DNA from: the human T2T-CHM13v2.0 reference genome, Homo sapiens
Direction: 5' to 3' (one strand)
Assembly (NCBI RefSeq): GCF_009914755.1
Contig: NC_060942.1
DNA length: 64,000 bases
Of the stretch, positions 13,721 through 28,140 are shown piece after piece. The notes under the pieces were generated by a model, which was not told the DNA's origin, ran no database searches, and saw only the letters and a program-made list of their open reading frames with translations. A program made the translations under genes and the position numbers. Position 1 is the stretch's first letter. Each line of letters starts with the position of its first letter.

Positions 13721-16226
13721 TGTATTAGTCCTTTTGCATTGCTATAAAAGAATCCCTGAAACTGGGTAATTTATAAAGAAAAGAGGTTTATTTTGGCTTG
13801 TGGTTCTGCAGGCCAAAGCATAGTATCAGCCTCTGATCCTGGTGGAAGCTTCCAATCATGACAAAAGGAAAAGAGAGAGTAAGCATATCACATGGCAAGA
13901 CAGGGAGGAAAAGAGAGAAGGGGAAGGTCCCAGGCTCTTTAAACCAGCAGTTTTTGCATGAACTAACTGAGCATGAAATCACTCATCACTAAGGGGATGG
14001 CACTAAGGCATTCATGACGGATCTGCCCCCGTGATCCAATACCACCCACTATGCTCCACCTCCATCACTGGGGTTCACATTTCAACATGAGATTTGTAGA
14101 GGACACACACCCAAACCATGTAATTCCATTCCTGCCTCCCACCCCACATCTCATGTCCTCACATCACAAAATAAAATATTCCCTTTCCAATAGTCTCCCA
14201 AAGTCTTAACTCATTCCAAGTATCAACTTAAAAGTCCAAAATCCAAAATCTTACCTGAGACTCAAGGCAAGTTCCTTTCACCTATGAGCCCGTAAAATCA
14301 AAACATGTTATTTCCAAGATACAGTTGTGGTACAGGCACTGGATAAACATTCCCATTCAAAAAGGGAGAAATCAGCCAAAAGAAAGGAGCAAGTTCAAAA
14401 CCCAGACAAGTCCAAAACCCAGCAGGGCAGACATTAAACTTTAAAGCTCCAAAATAATCCTTTTCCCTGAAATATTTTATGAAAAAATAAAGAAAGAAAA
14501 GAAAATGTATATGAAAAAAAAACCCAAAACAAAATAATCTATGACTCCATGTCCCTCATCCAGGGCACACTGGTGCAAGGAGTGGGCTCTCAAGGCCTTG
14601 GGCAGTCTGCCCCTGTGGCCGCTCTTGTGGACTGGAGTTGAGTGCCAACAGCCTTTCAGGTACAGGGTGCAAGCTACCAGTGGCTCTACCATTCTTGGGA
14701 CTGGCAGGCAGTGGCCCCCCACAAAGCTCCACTAGGCAGTGCCCTGGTGAGGACTCTGTGTGGGAGCTCCAACCTCACATTTCCCCTCAGCACTGCCCTA
14801 GTGAGTCTTTCTGCCCTTGTGGCAGGCTTCTGCCTGGGCTTTCTGATGCATCCTCTGAAATCTACAAGGAAGCTGTCCAGCCTCCTTCAGGCTTGCATTC
14901 TGTGTGCCTGCAGACTTGACACCACGTGGAAGCTGCCAACTCTTATGGCTTGGGCCCTCTGAAGCACCAGCTTAAGCTATATCTGGGGTCCTTGAGTGAA
15001 GGCTGAAAGCAGAGCTGCTGGGATGCAGTGAACAGTGTCTCCAGGCTGAGCAGAGCAGCCGGGACCAGGCCTGGCCCCTGAAACCATTCTTTCCTCTTAG
15101 GTCTCTGGGCCTGTGATGAGAAGGGCTGTCTCTAAGGTCTCTGAAATGCCTTCCAGGCTTTTCCCCATTGTCTTGGATATTAGCACTTGGCTCCCTTTTA
15201 GTTATGCCAATCTCTCTAGCAAGTGGTTATTCCACAGCCTGCTGGAATTTCTTCCCTGAAAATGCTGTTTCCTTCTCTATCATGTGGCCAGGTTGTGACT
15301 TTTCTAAATTTTTACACTTTGCTTCCCTTTTAAATATAAGTTCCAAATTTAAGTCATTTCCTTGCCCCCATATTTGATGGTAGGCTGTTAGATGCAGCCA
15401 GATCACCTCTTGAATGCTTTGCTGCTTAGACATTTCTTCTGTCAGGTACCCCAGGTCATCACTTGTAAGTTGGAACTTCCACAGATCCCTAGGGCATGGA
15501 CACAATGCAGCCAAATTATTTGCTAAGGTGTAACATGGGTGACCTTTGCTCCAGTTCCCAATAAGTTTCTTGCTTCCACCTGAGACCTGTCAGCCTGGCC
15601 TTCACTGTCCATATCACTATCATCATTTTGGTCACGACCACTTAACACGTCTCTAAGAAGATTAACATTCTTTCATCTTCCTGTCTTCTTCTGAACCCTC
15701 CAAACTCTTCCAACCTCTGCCTGTTACCCAGTTCCAAGCTGCCTTCACATTTTCAGGTATCTTATAGCAACACCCCACTCCTTGGTACCAATTTTCTGTG
15801 TCAGTAAGTTTGCATTGCTATAAAGGAATACCTGAGGCTGGATACTTTTATAAAGAAAAGAGGTTTGTTTGGGCTCACAGTTCTGCAGGCTTCACAGGAA
15901 GTATGGTGCTGGCATCTGCTTGTGGTGAGGACTCAGCAAGCTTATGATCATGGCAGATGGTGAAGAGGGAGCTGACATATCACATGGCAAAAGAGGAAGC
16001 AAGAGAGAGAAAAGGAAGAGGTCCCAGACTCTTAAATGACCAGATCTTGTGTGAACTGACTGAGCGAGAACAGGAGAACCCACTTATCACCAAGGGGATG
16101 GCACCAAGCCATTCATGAGAGATCCACCCCCATGACCCAATAACCTCCCACTAGGCCCCAGCTCCAACATTAGTGATCACATTTCAACGTGAGATTTGGA
16201 GGGGACAAACCGTCCAAACTATATCA
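13721..16226 (-). mobile_element. complete MSTB-like MaLR provirus (LTR-internal-LTR)
   Basis: Two homologous LTRs (13721-14123, 15797-16226) flank an MST-int region; ORF 15227..15514(-) resembles the MaLR internal ORF. Confidence 0.92.
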
Positions 16227-17353
16227 TTTACTTTGAGGATTTACATTTTTGCTTTGATTGAGCTAAATTTAGTGTAATAGTATATAAAATATCTGCATGA
16301 TTCCAAAGCATATTTAAGAAATTTAGTATTCATCTCTGTCTCCTCCAACTGTTTCTTCCCTCCTCCTATAGGTAACCATTTCAACTGTTTTATTTTATTT
16401 GTATTGGTTTGTTCCATTGTTGTTTTTTAAATATAAGAAAACACTGTTGACACAGCTTTATTTTTATGTCAAATATAAATATATGTCCTTGACATTTTAT
16501 TTGCTCTCTCTCTCTCTCTCTCTGGTGTATCTTTTGATATTTAGAAAGTTGTGAATTAAAAAATTTAGTTATCTCTTACTTTAGTCTTTATTTTCACTGT
16601 TGGCAAATTCTGAACAAAAAAATTTCCCTTAATTTTTGTGGCAGTTGTATTAGTAGTTACTAATTATTTTAGGATTAGTGCAGATTTTTGCAAAATAATC
16701 TATCAATCCTTTTAAGACTATCCATATAGCCACCTGTAAGCAGCATACCTTTTCTTTCTAATGAGACAAGTGTTTATTAACAGCAGGAATAAAACCAACA
16801 GAAACAGAAAAGCCATCTGGTTACTTGGATCTCCATATTATTGAGGATTAAGGAAGAGTTAGCAGACTTAAAGTAAGAGCTACCGGATTTGAAAAAAACA
16901 GTACTAAATTATTTTCTCTAGCATCCTAGTCACTGGCATATGTTTTTCCTTATTGAGTGAAAAATATGCTATTGCCAGGATTCTGTGAGGTAGTGTTTTC
17001 TTAGTCCCCAACTTATCTTCATAACTTTCACTTTGATAATTTACAAGCCAGAGTTATTTTCTTAATTGGCAAAGTTGGTCACACCACTTTGTAAGGTTTT
17101 CAGCAAACCAAGGAAATATTGCCTAAAGAACCACTCAAATTGTGTGAGAACGATATTAACAGGAGTTCACTGACCATCGCATCAGTTTGGTGTATCATAT
17201 ACTACCTTTTGTTTTACTTAAAATTTTTTCCACACTCACATTTTTGGCTAGTGATAAAAACACTAGGTAACATTTATAAAATATGGTAGAGTTTTCTGAT
17301 GCTTTCAGCAACAGCTACCTTATTTTATCTTCACGATGCCTTAACTTTATAAG

Positions 17354-17421
17354 GTGACGGAGTAAATGAAGAAGGTTTTGTTATCCAGTGTGACCTGTAT
17401 GGCTATGGAGTCCCCAAGAGG
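17354..17421 (+). other. candidate exon E2
   Basis: AG-free pyrimidine-rich lead-in ...ccttaactttataAG|g; donor AGG|GTAGGA; in-frame TAA directly before ATG at 17366. Confidence 0.45.
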
Positions 17422-17668
17422 GTAGGACAGTGGCAGGAGCTTTTGAATTCCCCCACTCAGAGCTTCATTTTTCTGCTCTTCAGGCATGTATGGGGTGGGT
17501 GGGAGTTAAGTTGAAGGGTCGGAAAGGTCTTGCAATTTCATACGTAGCAAATTTAATTCAGTTTTTATTCACTATGCAGCACAGAAGCGGCCCTTTCATA
17601 TTTAAAGGATCTGGCTTTCTGCATTGTGACTTGCAGAGTGCCATTTAGGCAGGGCACCAGTCTGAGAA

Positions 17669-18558
17669 CAGTGGCTCTCAACAGAAGCTATATTGACCCT
17701 AGGATCTGCTTTAGAAATATGGGTGGAGTCATTTTTAGTTGCCACAATTAGGGGGTAAACTGGCATTTGTGGGACAGAATGGTAGGCATTTGGCCATGTA
17801 TGGGAAAGTCCCTTGTACCAAAGAATTTTTTTTTTTTTTTTTTTTTGAGAGACAAAGTTTCATTCTGTCACTCAGCCTGGAGTGCAGTGGTGCAATCATT
17901 GTTTGCTGCAGCGTCAATGTCCTGGGCTCAAGCGAGCCTCCCTCCTTGCCCTCCAAAAGTGCTGAAATTACAGATGTAAACAATCACTCCGGCCTGTACT
18001 CATAATTCTTGAATATGATCCAAGACTTCATGTGCAAGTGAAAAATCTGTATTTAATTATCTGAACCTGGAACTTTATTTTATGTGTAGTCACAAGGTAT
18101 ATTTTTTGTATAGTGTAATATACACTAAATTTTTTCAGAGAAGATTGTTTCATTCAGAACTTATCAAGAGTTATTTACTATTCCAGAAAATGACATCATC
18201 AATGTTAATCACATGTTTGAGTTCATGAGTCATCAATACAACACTCAGATTCAGCCTGATTTTTGTAGTTTTTACATTGGGAGTGATTTTACATATGCAT
18301 AAAATATCTACCTACTTCACTATACCCTTTGGTGTAATTAAGCCTAAGCTTTTACACATTGACATGTGTAATTCTTTAGTGTAAATTACTTTTTGTTCTT
18401 TATGTGTATGACCGTCAGAGTAGCATATTGATGGTTTTAACCTCTGTGTTTAGGTTGGTTATGCTAACTATAAATCTTACTTCAGTTTGGTAAAGAGGCA
18501 TTGCAAAATAATTATAGTTAAAAGGAAGCATTTGGTTTTATAGGGTTGAGACCCACTA
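17669..18558 (+). mobile_element. MER20B-like hAT-Charlie element containing an Alu monomer
   Basis: Termini cagtggctctcaac / gttgagacccact; MER20-like 5' body. Confidence 0.65.
17826..17994 (-). mobile_element. FRAM-like Alu monomer
   Basis: T-tract plus right-monomer sequence. Confidence 0.88.
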
Positions 18559-18582
18559 TTCTAGAGCACTTTTATCCAAATA

Positions 18583-18750
18583 CTGTATTTAATCAAATCC
18601 AAAATGCTATCGATTGTAAGATGTACCACTAAAAAAGATTTTTAAATGAGACCAATTAAACTATGAATTGTTTCCAGTTACAAGATGTGTCCTGACTTTG
18701 GAGATGTTAAAACATGTAAAGATGTGAGGCTTAGAATCGTTGAAATATTG
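18583..18750. mobile_element. MER104-like (TcMar-Tc2) MITE
   Basis: Imperfect terminal inverted repeats ctgtatttaatcaaatccaa / ttagaatcgttgaaatattgg. Confidence 0.65.
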
Positions 18751-18759
18751 GCATAATAT

Positions 18760-18980
18760 TAATTATAATAGTAGCAGCTGCTGTTTATTAAGCACCTATT
18801 ATGCTCTGTGAGCTTCACATGCATTATCTCATTTAATTGTTGTTACAACAATGCAAAGTTAGCACACGAAGAAACTGAGGGATACATTATTTGCCCAAGG
18901 TCATGGATTAAGTCTATGGTAGAACTGGGGTTTGAGTCTTTGAGTCTAGGTCTGACTTTATGTTCCAGACCCCTGTCTCT
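18760..18980 (-). mobile_element. MIR
   Basis: tttattaagcacct..., gaagaaactgagg, ttgcccaaggtca core. Confidence 0.7.
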
Positions 18981-19239
18981 AGATCATCTGCTGTCTCTCG
19001 TTGCATGTTTCTCTCAAGATGGGAGGAATCTATGATTCCTCTCAGCTCTTGAGAAAATCCAAGATAGGTAGTAGCTCTTCTTAAAATCCAGCTCCCCTTC
19101 CTTAAGCAGAGTCAGGGCAGGCATGGGAGCTGAAGAAGGAAGGTGCTCTGCTCTCTCCTGCAGGGTGGAAACTGATGGAGACCATCGTAGTTCTGTGCTG
19201 AGAAGACAGGCCACCTGACCGAACATGACCCTCCATTTC

Positions 19240-20190
19240 AATGGATTTCAAATTCTTTTGACTATGACCTAGAAGAGGAAATTTGGTGGGTTTTTTTTTC
19301 CATTTGAGGTGAAGATCATGTAAGATAAAATTAACTATTGTAAAGTGTATAATTCGGTGGCACTCAGTGCATTCACAGTGTTGTGCAACCACCATCTCTC
19401 TGGTTCTATTAACAAAACATTCTCATCACCCTTAAAGGACACCTCATTCCTAGTAAGCTATTACTGCCCATTTCCTGAGCCCCCCAGCTCCTGACAACCG
19501 CTCATCTGCCTTCTGTCTCTATTGATGTCCCTTTTCCAAACGTTTCACATAAATGGAATCATACAATATGTGAGTTTTTGTGTCTGGCTTCTTTCACTCA
19601 GCAAAATGTTTTCAAGGTTCATCCACATTGTGGCTGAATACTATTCCACTGAATGGATACACCATATTCGCGTATTCATTCCCCTGTTGATAACATTTGA
19701 TTTGTTTCCAACTTTTGGCTATTGTGAACTTTTATGTGCAAGTATTTGTTTGAATGCCTGTTTTTAATTCTTGTGGGTGTATACTCAGGAGGGTCATATG
19801 ATAATTCTGTGTTTAACTGTTTGAGGAACTGCCAGACTGTTTTCAACAGCAGCCACACCATTTTACATCCCCACCACCTATGTACAAGGATTCCAGTTTC
19901 TTCACATCCTCACCAACACTTGTTATTTTCTGTTTTTTAAAAAAATTATAGCCATCCTAGTGGGTGTGGAAGAATACATTTTAAAAAATGATTTACATTT
20001 TAAATTACAACCTAGTATACACACATGCAAAGAAAAAATTAACTCAGATAGGAGCTTCACAAAATAATATTGCACTCTGTTATTTTCTATTCTATCATAT
20101 TTCATTTTTCTTTAAAAATTCTGGTTATAATATACTAAATTGATTTCATTATCCACTAAAGGATGGTGGCCCACTGTTTGAAACTCATGG
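19240..20190 (+). mobile_element. Charlie4-like hAT element split by an L1MB insertion
   Basis: 5' piece tttcaaattcttttgactatgacc (19240-19285); 3' piece ending ccactgtttgaaactcatgg (19975-20190). Confidence 0.5.
19290..19970 (-). mobile_element. L1MB-type 3' end
   Basis: Antisense 3'UTR motifs (cacagtgttgtgcaaccaccatc; aatggaatcatacaatatg; gaggaactgccagactgtttt). Confidence 0.88.
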
Positions 20191-20574
20191 CTCTACGTGG
20201 ATGCACAAATTCTAGGAACTTTTTCCGGTTTACATGAAAAATAGTAATAATTTGCCTTTGTGAGTCCAAGAAGACGTCCCAGAAGACTATAAAGTAAATA
20301 AAATTTAAAAGTATAATTTACATTAACAGCAGAGTATTCAGGTGTTGAAGAATTCAGTGTTATTGGAAGAGGGCTGGCCCAAAGGTTATGACTCAGAAAA
20401 TTGCTTTCTGTCCATGAACAAATAAGTTATCCTCTCTGAGATTAATTTTCTGCAGTGAGTAGATGCAGATCCCATGATCAGCACACTCGTTGGAAGGCTG
20501 TGATAAGGATTTGAACAGGATAATGGATGCGATTATAGTTTGAAAATAGTGTAATGATATAAACAGTGAATTGT

Positions 20575-20881
<307 letters not shown>

Positions 20882-20939
20882 CAGTGAATTGTTACTTAAG
20901 TGTGTCTGCAGGAGCCTGCTTGTAGAGCACATTAGTCAA

Positions 20940-21230
20940 TAATAATAATAGTGATAGCCTGGACAGCAACATTCATTAGCTACTTACTATGTGCCAGGCA
21001 CTGTTCTAAGCTGTTTGTCTATATTAACTCGTTTAATCTTCTTATTATAATAGCTGTATAAGGTAGGTACTGTTAATATTAGCCCCTTTCTAAAAATGAG
21101 AAAATCAAGGCACAAGAACTTGATAACGAGTAGTCTGGCCAAAATTACATCTCTATCTGTAATAAATGGCAGAATTAGCTTTGAACCCAGAGGGTCCAGT
21201 TCCTGTTCCTAAATAGTTAACCACTATACT
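20940..21230 (-). mobile_element. MIR
   Basis: cttactatgtgccaggcactgttctaag...atgagaaaatcaaggcaca...tttgaacccag. Confidence 0.8.
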
Positions 21231-21492
21231 ACACTTTCTATTTAAGACTGAAATCAGAATTTTTTATTAGTGTGTTTGAGCATTTATAAAGCTTCCTGTA
21301 GCATTAAGTACTTTTGCAAATCACATGCTTATCTGAGAATAATCAGTGGAAAAAAATGTACATTTTTAATACATTTTCAAGGAAAGAAGAATGTGATCAG
21401 CAAGTCCCTTCAATGAATGATCAGATATTAGCTCTGAAGACTGTAGACTAGCAGAGAGTTTTCTGAACGCATATGTATACATGTAGGAGTGC

Positions 21493-21516
21493 GTGTGTGT
21501 GTGTGTGTGTGTGTGT
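21493..21516. repeat. (GT)12 microsatellite
   Basis: Directly visible. Confidence 0.95.
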
Positions 21517-21840
21517 ACGGGCAGGTGTGCAGGCATTTGCCCGCCGCAGCTTCAAAGAGAGATTGCCAGTTTCCTAGAGGCGCGATTGCTCGGGAACATG
21601 AATGAAAATCCTAAGACAGAAGAGACCAGTGGTTTAGCTGTCAGAATGCAGTGGCCTGCCCTCCTGACCCCTTGCTGACATTAAACAGCCCCTGCCCTGG
21701 AATGCCGCTCCTGGCCTGGCATCCTGGGAGCGTGTGTCCAGCCTGCGGGACAGAGATAAGCGTAAACCTAGCCTCTGATTCTGAACACTAGCTAAGGCTC
21801 CCGACAGTTGACGAGATTGATGATTTTCAGCTGGTATGTC
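21517..21840 (+). promoter_or_regulatory. CpG-retaining candidate enhancer or alternative promoter
   Basis: About 14 CpGs in ~350 bp of non-repeat DNA; AGATAAG motif; donor CTG|GTATGT at 21833/21834. Confidence 0.45.
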
Positions 21841-22932
21841 TCCGTAACTGAGGAGGCCATAGCTTTGATGTATTGGTCAGATCAATTTGGCTTAAGTGCC
21901 CCAGTAAATGAATGCAAATGACTTAAGGAAATTTCTAACTCAAAGGCGAGCCACTAATCCACGTCTTTCAGACCAGAAGCCGAATCATCCAAAGCGGGTG
22001 CAGTATGTGGAGAAAGGGGTGCTTGTCTCCTCCGTTTTCTCCTTAGGAAGACTTCACTGTTGGAGACCTTTCTTCTGAGTGCTGCCCTGGGGTGCTGTTC
22101 AAAATCCAGGCGTCTCATGAATTATGCTGCCAGATCTAGGAGGAGCCAGTCCTCTTTGGAACTAGGTGAACTGGGCTAATGAGAAACAGGCCCATCTCAT
22201 CCGCCAGCCAGTTTGCTCCAGGGCCAGAGGAAAGCCGGGGCCTCTGGCTCCCACATCCCATGTGGCAACCAACCATCAGGTTATGCTTGGCTTTGCAACC
22301 ATCAGGAAAGGCCTCACGTCTGCCTAACTGCAAAACAATTTGGTTGGCTTATAAATTGCTGCCTCTATCATGTGCTTCTGAATTAAAAGGAACCGATGGT
22401 TTTTAAAGGTTTATCTGTTTCATTATTGATGCAGAATGACCTCGTGCTGACAAATTTCGATTTTCACACGGTTTCTTTGCTGATGCAGTATCTCTGCCAC
22501 CCATGCTCTAGGGCAGCGTGGAGCCACTTCAGAGCATGGCTTTTGTGAGCCAGCGCCCAGCAGGGTGTTCTTTTCTGAGTGCAAAGAGAGAATCCACTGA
22601 CCTCATTTGCTTCCATCCTGTGAACCTCTCAGTGTGTTTCAGAACACCAGGGTCTGAACAGAGAAGCTTCAGAATACTTTCTCCGACTAGAGAACTTTTT
22701 TATGGTGGGAGGAAAAAATGTTGCCAGTCCCACTTCACAGACACCTGGAATTCATGAAGTCTGAGGACTTCTTTCATTTTACTTTCAACTAAAAGCTCTA
22801 GCACGAAACAGCAAAGGCTCACAGAACTAAAGATCAGGAGGTGGCCCTGTGAGAGGGTGTTCAGCCTGGATCCCTGGTGAAACTCCATCATTGAGCAGGT
22901 CTGTGATAGCCCTTGTGGTCTTCTTTCTGCAG

Positions 22933-23009
22933 ATAATACTCATAGACTATGCTGCATAAATTCTCAGATTATTCAAAGATGAACAAACAGTTCAAATGGG
23001 CAGTTTTAT
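22933..23009 (+). other. candidate exon E3
   Basis: Acceptor gtcttctttctgcAG|a and donor TAT|GTGAGT; 77 nt. Confidence 0.45.
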
Positions 23010-23452
23010 GTGAGTGTTTCACTCTCAACCCTTTCCTTTTTTCAGTATGTCTCCCTCCTTTTTTCCTCTCAAGCATATCTACTTCAGAAAGCGTGGAAAG
23101 AAAAGAGCCTGGTGGGAAAAGTCTATCAAGTGATAGTGACGTGCCCTTATGGAAAAAATTCTGGGGTAAGCAGAATTGGGGTTTTACTCTTAAGCTAACA
23201 TGAGATGAGATTACTCTATCCTAACAAGATTTAAGCATCTTGTTTTTCTAAATGTTCGGTCATTTGTGTTAAAACAGAGGAAAATATGACATCTAACCTT
23301 TTTTTCCTGAGAAAATAATCACTGTCCTCCATGCTTTGCCAACAACAATCCTTTTTCCTCCCATTTATTGTAAGAGCTACAGTATCTGCAGTTTGGCAGA
23401 ATCACCACCCTCTCTGGGGTGTTTGATTTCGCCTTTCGTATTTGAGCTCTTG

Positions 23453-23545
23453 GTGTGTGCGTGTATGTGTATGTGGGTGTGTATGTGTGTGGGTATGAAT
23501 GTGGGTGCATGTCTGTGTGTATGTGTGTGCTGTCTGTGTATTTGT
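23453..23545. repeat. degenerate (TG)n-rich tract
   Basis: Directly visible. Confidence 0.85.
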
Positions 23546-24179
23546 ATTGAGGTAAGGACACTCTCTGAGATGTAAGAAAGCACTACAACTGTTTATAGGG
23601 AATGAGTTCTTTATTTTTATTCCCCAAGACGTTTTATAATCTTGTGTTTTTCAAGTTTGCCTTAAAGAATAAACAACCTTCTATTTTGTAAGTTTTTTTT
23701 AGATGTGTTCATTAGAAAGATCAGATCTTTCAGTACTTGCCATTAACCAGTTTTCTCTTAAGTTAATCATCCACATATAACTCTCCAAAGAATAGATTTA
23801 CTTTAGTTGTGATTTTTCCAAAGTCTGTTTTTGCTTTCTCTGTTAAAAACAAATAGAAAAAAAAGGAAGGAGGAGATGAGAGAGAATCCTGCCCTTTTAG
23901 CATATAGAGTTCTGAAATAAAAGACTGAGTTGTACAGAAAAGCCGCCAACACCATCATTTGTTTTCTGTGGTTTCTGATGATTCTTTGTGGAGCAGTTTT
24001 CAAATGGAACATTTTCTTGCTATCACAGGAAAACAGCACACTCCAGGGTGGATTCTGATTGCTGTAGCTAAAATCTCTATCTCCTATTTCCAGAAGCAGA
24101 AACACAAATGAGGTCTGATGGTTGAAAACTTAATGGAAGAAAAAAATAGAACATTTATGCATAGAAATAAACACATACA

Positions 24180-24395
24180 CACAAAGGAATACAGGAAAAA
24201 CTGGGAAATCTGAATAAGATCAGTGGATTGTATTAGTGTCAATTTCCTGGCTCTGATATTGTACTACAGTTTTACAAGATGTTATCACTGGGAGAAACTA
24301 GGTTAAAAAGTACATGAGATACCTCTGTATTATTTATTATAATTGCATGTGAATCTAAAATTATCTCAAAATAAAAAAATAATTTTTAAAAAATT
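24180..24395 (+). mobile_element. L1MC/L1MD 3' end
   Basis: tgtcaatttcctgg...caagatgttatcactggg...ttgcatgtgaatctaaaattatctcaaaataaaa. Confidence 0.8.
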
Positions 24396-24905
24396 TGGAA
24401 AAGTAACAAAAGGAAAACTAAATAGTACCTTAAAAATAAAAAACTATTTAACATTTGTATTTTGAAAATAATTAGAAGCACATGAAAGAGATTGTGGCTT
24501 TTTTGTTCATTCTTTTATAAATTACTGGTAACTTATCATAGTACCTAAAACACGAAAGGAAACAGGTATAGTATGCTTCAGTTTGTAAGTTCAGAGGGTA
24601 TTTTTGGTGGATTAAACCAATAACCTAAATTATCATGAGAATTATGAAGCCAAGTTTTTATGTACTTTGTGATAATTTAGGTTGAAGGCACATTATACTC
24701 TGACTGGCAACATCTAGGTAGAATTAAAACTTTATAACTTTGGTTAGTAAAAACGATGGAATTAGATAAATCCATTATCCTTTATGGCTATAATAAAGAC
24801 CTTCGCCAAAACAAAGAATATGAGTATATTTGCTTTTCAGGGATGGGAAAAAGAGGATTCTAGGAATAACCATTAATATTCAGAGTGAAATGTGGGTTGA
24901 GATGA

Positions 24906-25321
<416 letters not shown>

Positions 25322-25750
25322 TGATATACGTTTATGTCATTATAAAACTGAGAGACAGAGTATTTGTAGCAAAAATTTTAGAGACCAGACTTCACAGAAA
25401 AGGAATAACTAAATCCCTTCTGAAAGATATCTTACTACCTAACCACCTGTCAAAGCCTGTGAGATTTACTATATCCCTGCTACAACACAACATAGCTCTA
25501 CAGACAACTTGAACTCGAGATTTCGTTTTGATACGTGATTTTGTCATGTTTGGAGAAAGTGATGATGTTGAAAGAAAAGTGTCTCCTCTTTAAAATACGT
25601 TCCTTAAGCGACTGCCTTGGAGCGGGAGATTAGGTCTCATTTCCATTCAATTCAAATTGGGCTTAAAATGTAATTCCAGGCCCTGGCAGCTACCACAGGA
25701 TAATATGCTCCCTCATTGAGAAAAAACTTGGCACTTAAAACTGATGAGTA

Positions 25751-26129
<379 letters not shown>

Positions 26130-26489
26130 TTATGTCAGCTTGGCTTCTAAGTTTGAGGAGTTAAAAGGAGATTGAGCAAGAGATTTACGGCTGGCTGCCA
26201 GAGGAACACTTCAGGTCACAGAGGCTTATGGAACTACTCGAGTCACAGTATGTGAAACGCAAACAGCTGTCTGCCTTACTGAGGCCAAACCTGAGTGAAA
26301 ACGCATGGTTGTGGAGTGCAGGGGCAGGAACTTAAACACACATGCAAGGTGAAGGAGGGCCTGCAGAGAGTCTTATGAGCGGTCAGCCACTTCTCTGTTA
26401 GCTAAAACCTTCAAACACCTTTTTTCCTATTTCTGATACTGCTTTGGGAAAATAACCAGGCAGTTGGTCTGTGTCCAGTCTACTGTAAT

Positions 26490-26720
26490 AACAGGATTAC
26501 CATTTACTCGGCACCTGATTACCACATGCCAGCCATTTCATGTGGCTTATCTCGGTGTATGATTACACTACCCATAGGCCATAGGTACTATTACTATTTC
26601 CATTTCACAGATGAGTAAGCTAAGGCTTACAGAGGTTAAGGAACTTGCCTCAAGTCACATTCTTAGGAGTAATAGAACCAGTACTGAAATTCGAGCAGCT
26701 GGCCTTAGCGCATGCGCTCA
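26490..26720 (-). mobile_element. MIR
   Basis: ccatttcacagatgagtaagctaaggcttacagaggttaaggaacttgcc core. Confidence 0.78.
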
Positions 26721-26777
26721 CTAAACTCACTACAGTGTACAGCTCTCTCTCTCTGTGGCAGCTGATGAGGCGGGAGC

Positions 26778-27218
26778 TGCTGGTGGAAATTCTTCATGGG
26801 TCTCTTGTGTTTCTACATATCTCCACTTTGCTAAAAGAGGCACTAGCCATCTATGTTCTGGGCTATATCTTCAAGAATGCTTATATAGCAAATAGTCTTG
26901 GAAGACAGAGATGGCACTGTCTCTGAAGCAAAGGGCAGGCATGCTTAGTGCCTACTTTAAAAAGTCCGAGTTCCCTACCTTCAAGTTTCCTCTACCACAT
27001 CATGACTGCTGTGTCTGCACGTGTCTTCTGGCCCTCTTTGCATTGTCCTGTGGGAACTGGGGAGTGGGGAACCAACAGAAGTGCAGAAGTCCCAGCTACT
27101 GTATAGCTGTGAAAAATAAACCATCCTTTTGTCTCTCTCCCAGTAGTCTCATGTCTTCTACCAGCCTCCCTGGGATGTGGCCTGCTAACTTAGTTTGCAT
27201 TTGTTCTATTTCATGACA
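26778..27218 (+). mobile_element. LTR40-like ERVL solo LTR
   Basis: TG...CA ends; aattcttcatgggtctc and ttggaagacagagat...gcaaagggcagg motifs; AATAAA near 27115. Confidence 0.7.
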
Positions 27219-27231
27219 GTAGGAGGGGCTA

Positions 27232-27546
<315 letters not shown>

Positions 27547-27687
27547 GTGGCTAAAATAGCTGATGGACTTTATGGAGACAATTTCATGGTTCCCAGAAGG
27601 AAGACAGAGAAGGATTTAATGCAGAGCAGTGAATCCCCTGGGCTTATGAACCAAACCACTTGTCTACCCAGTTTGTTTTCCTTTGAC

Positions 27688-28140
27688 TGTTAGAGTGGAT
27701 ACTGGGGTGCTCCATCCAGATGTTACCTTCACAGCTGGGACACTCATTTCCCAGCTGCTGGAAGCATTGGCAGTCAAAGATTCTCATCTGAGTCCTTCTC
27801 CGTGAATTATCTTAGGCTACCTTGCCCAAGGATGGCCTCCTTCTACGAGTCTGCGGCTGTGGGTGGGTTGGGGGAAGTGAGGGAGTGCAGAATTTTCTGC
27901 CCTTGCTTCAAAGCAGGACAGCTCTGATGTTAGCTCCAGAGCTTCCTTTGGGAGAGGTTCAGTTTTCTGCCTTGTTTTGTGTGCGTCTGTGCAGACATCA
28001 CAGTTCAGCTCCTTCCTCTGCTAAAATGCACTCCCTTCACTCACAGCACTGACTTAGAGGGGCCTCCGAAAGAAATTTCCAGTGTGTAATCTCAGTGCAC
28101 AAATCTTAGAGAATGTTTCCCAGGGAAGTGACCAAAGACA
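27688..28140 (+). mobile_element. LTR16-like ERVL solo LTR
   Basis: TG start; end tgtttcccagggaagtgaccaaagaca resembles the LTR16 terminus. Confidence 0.6.
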
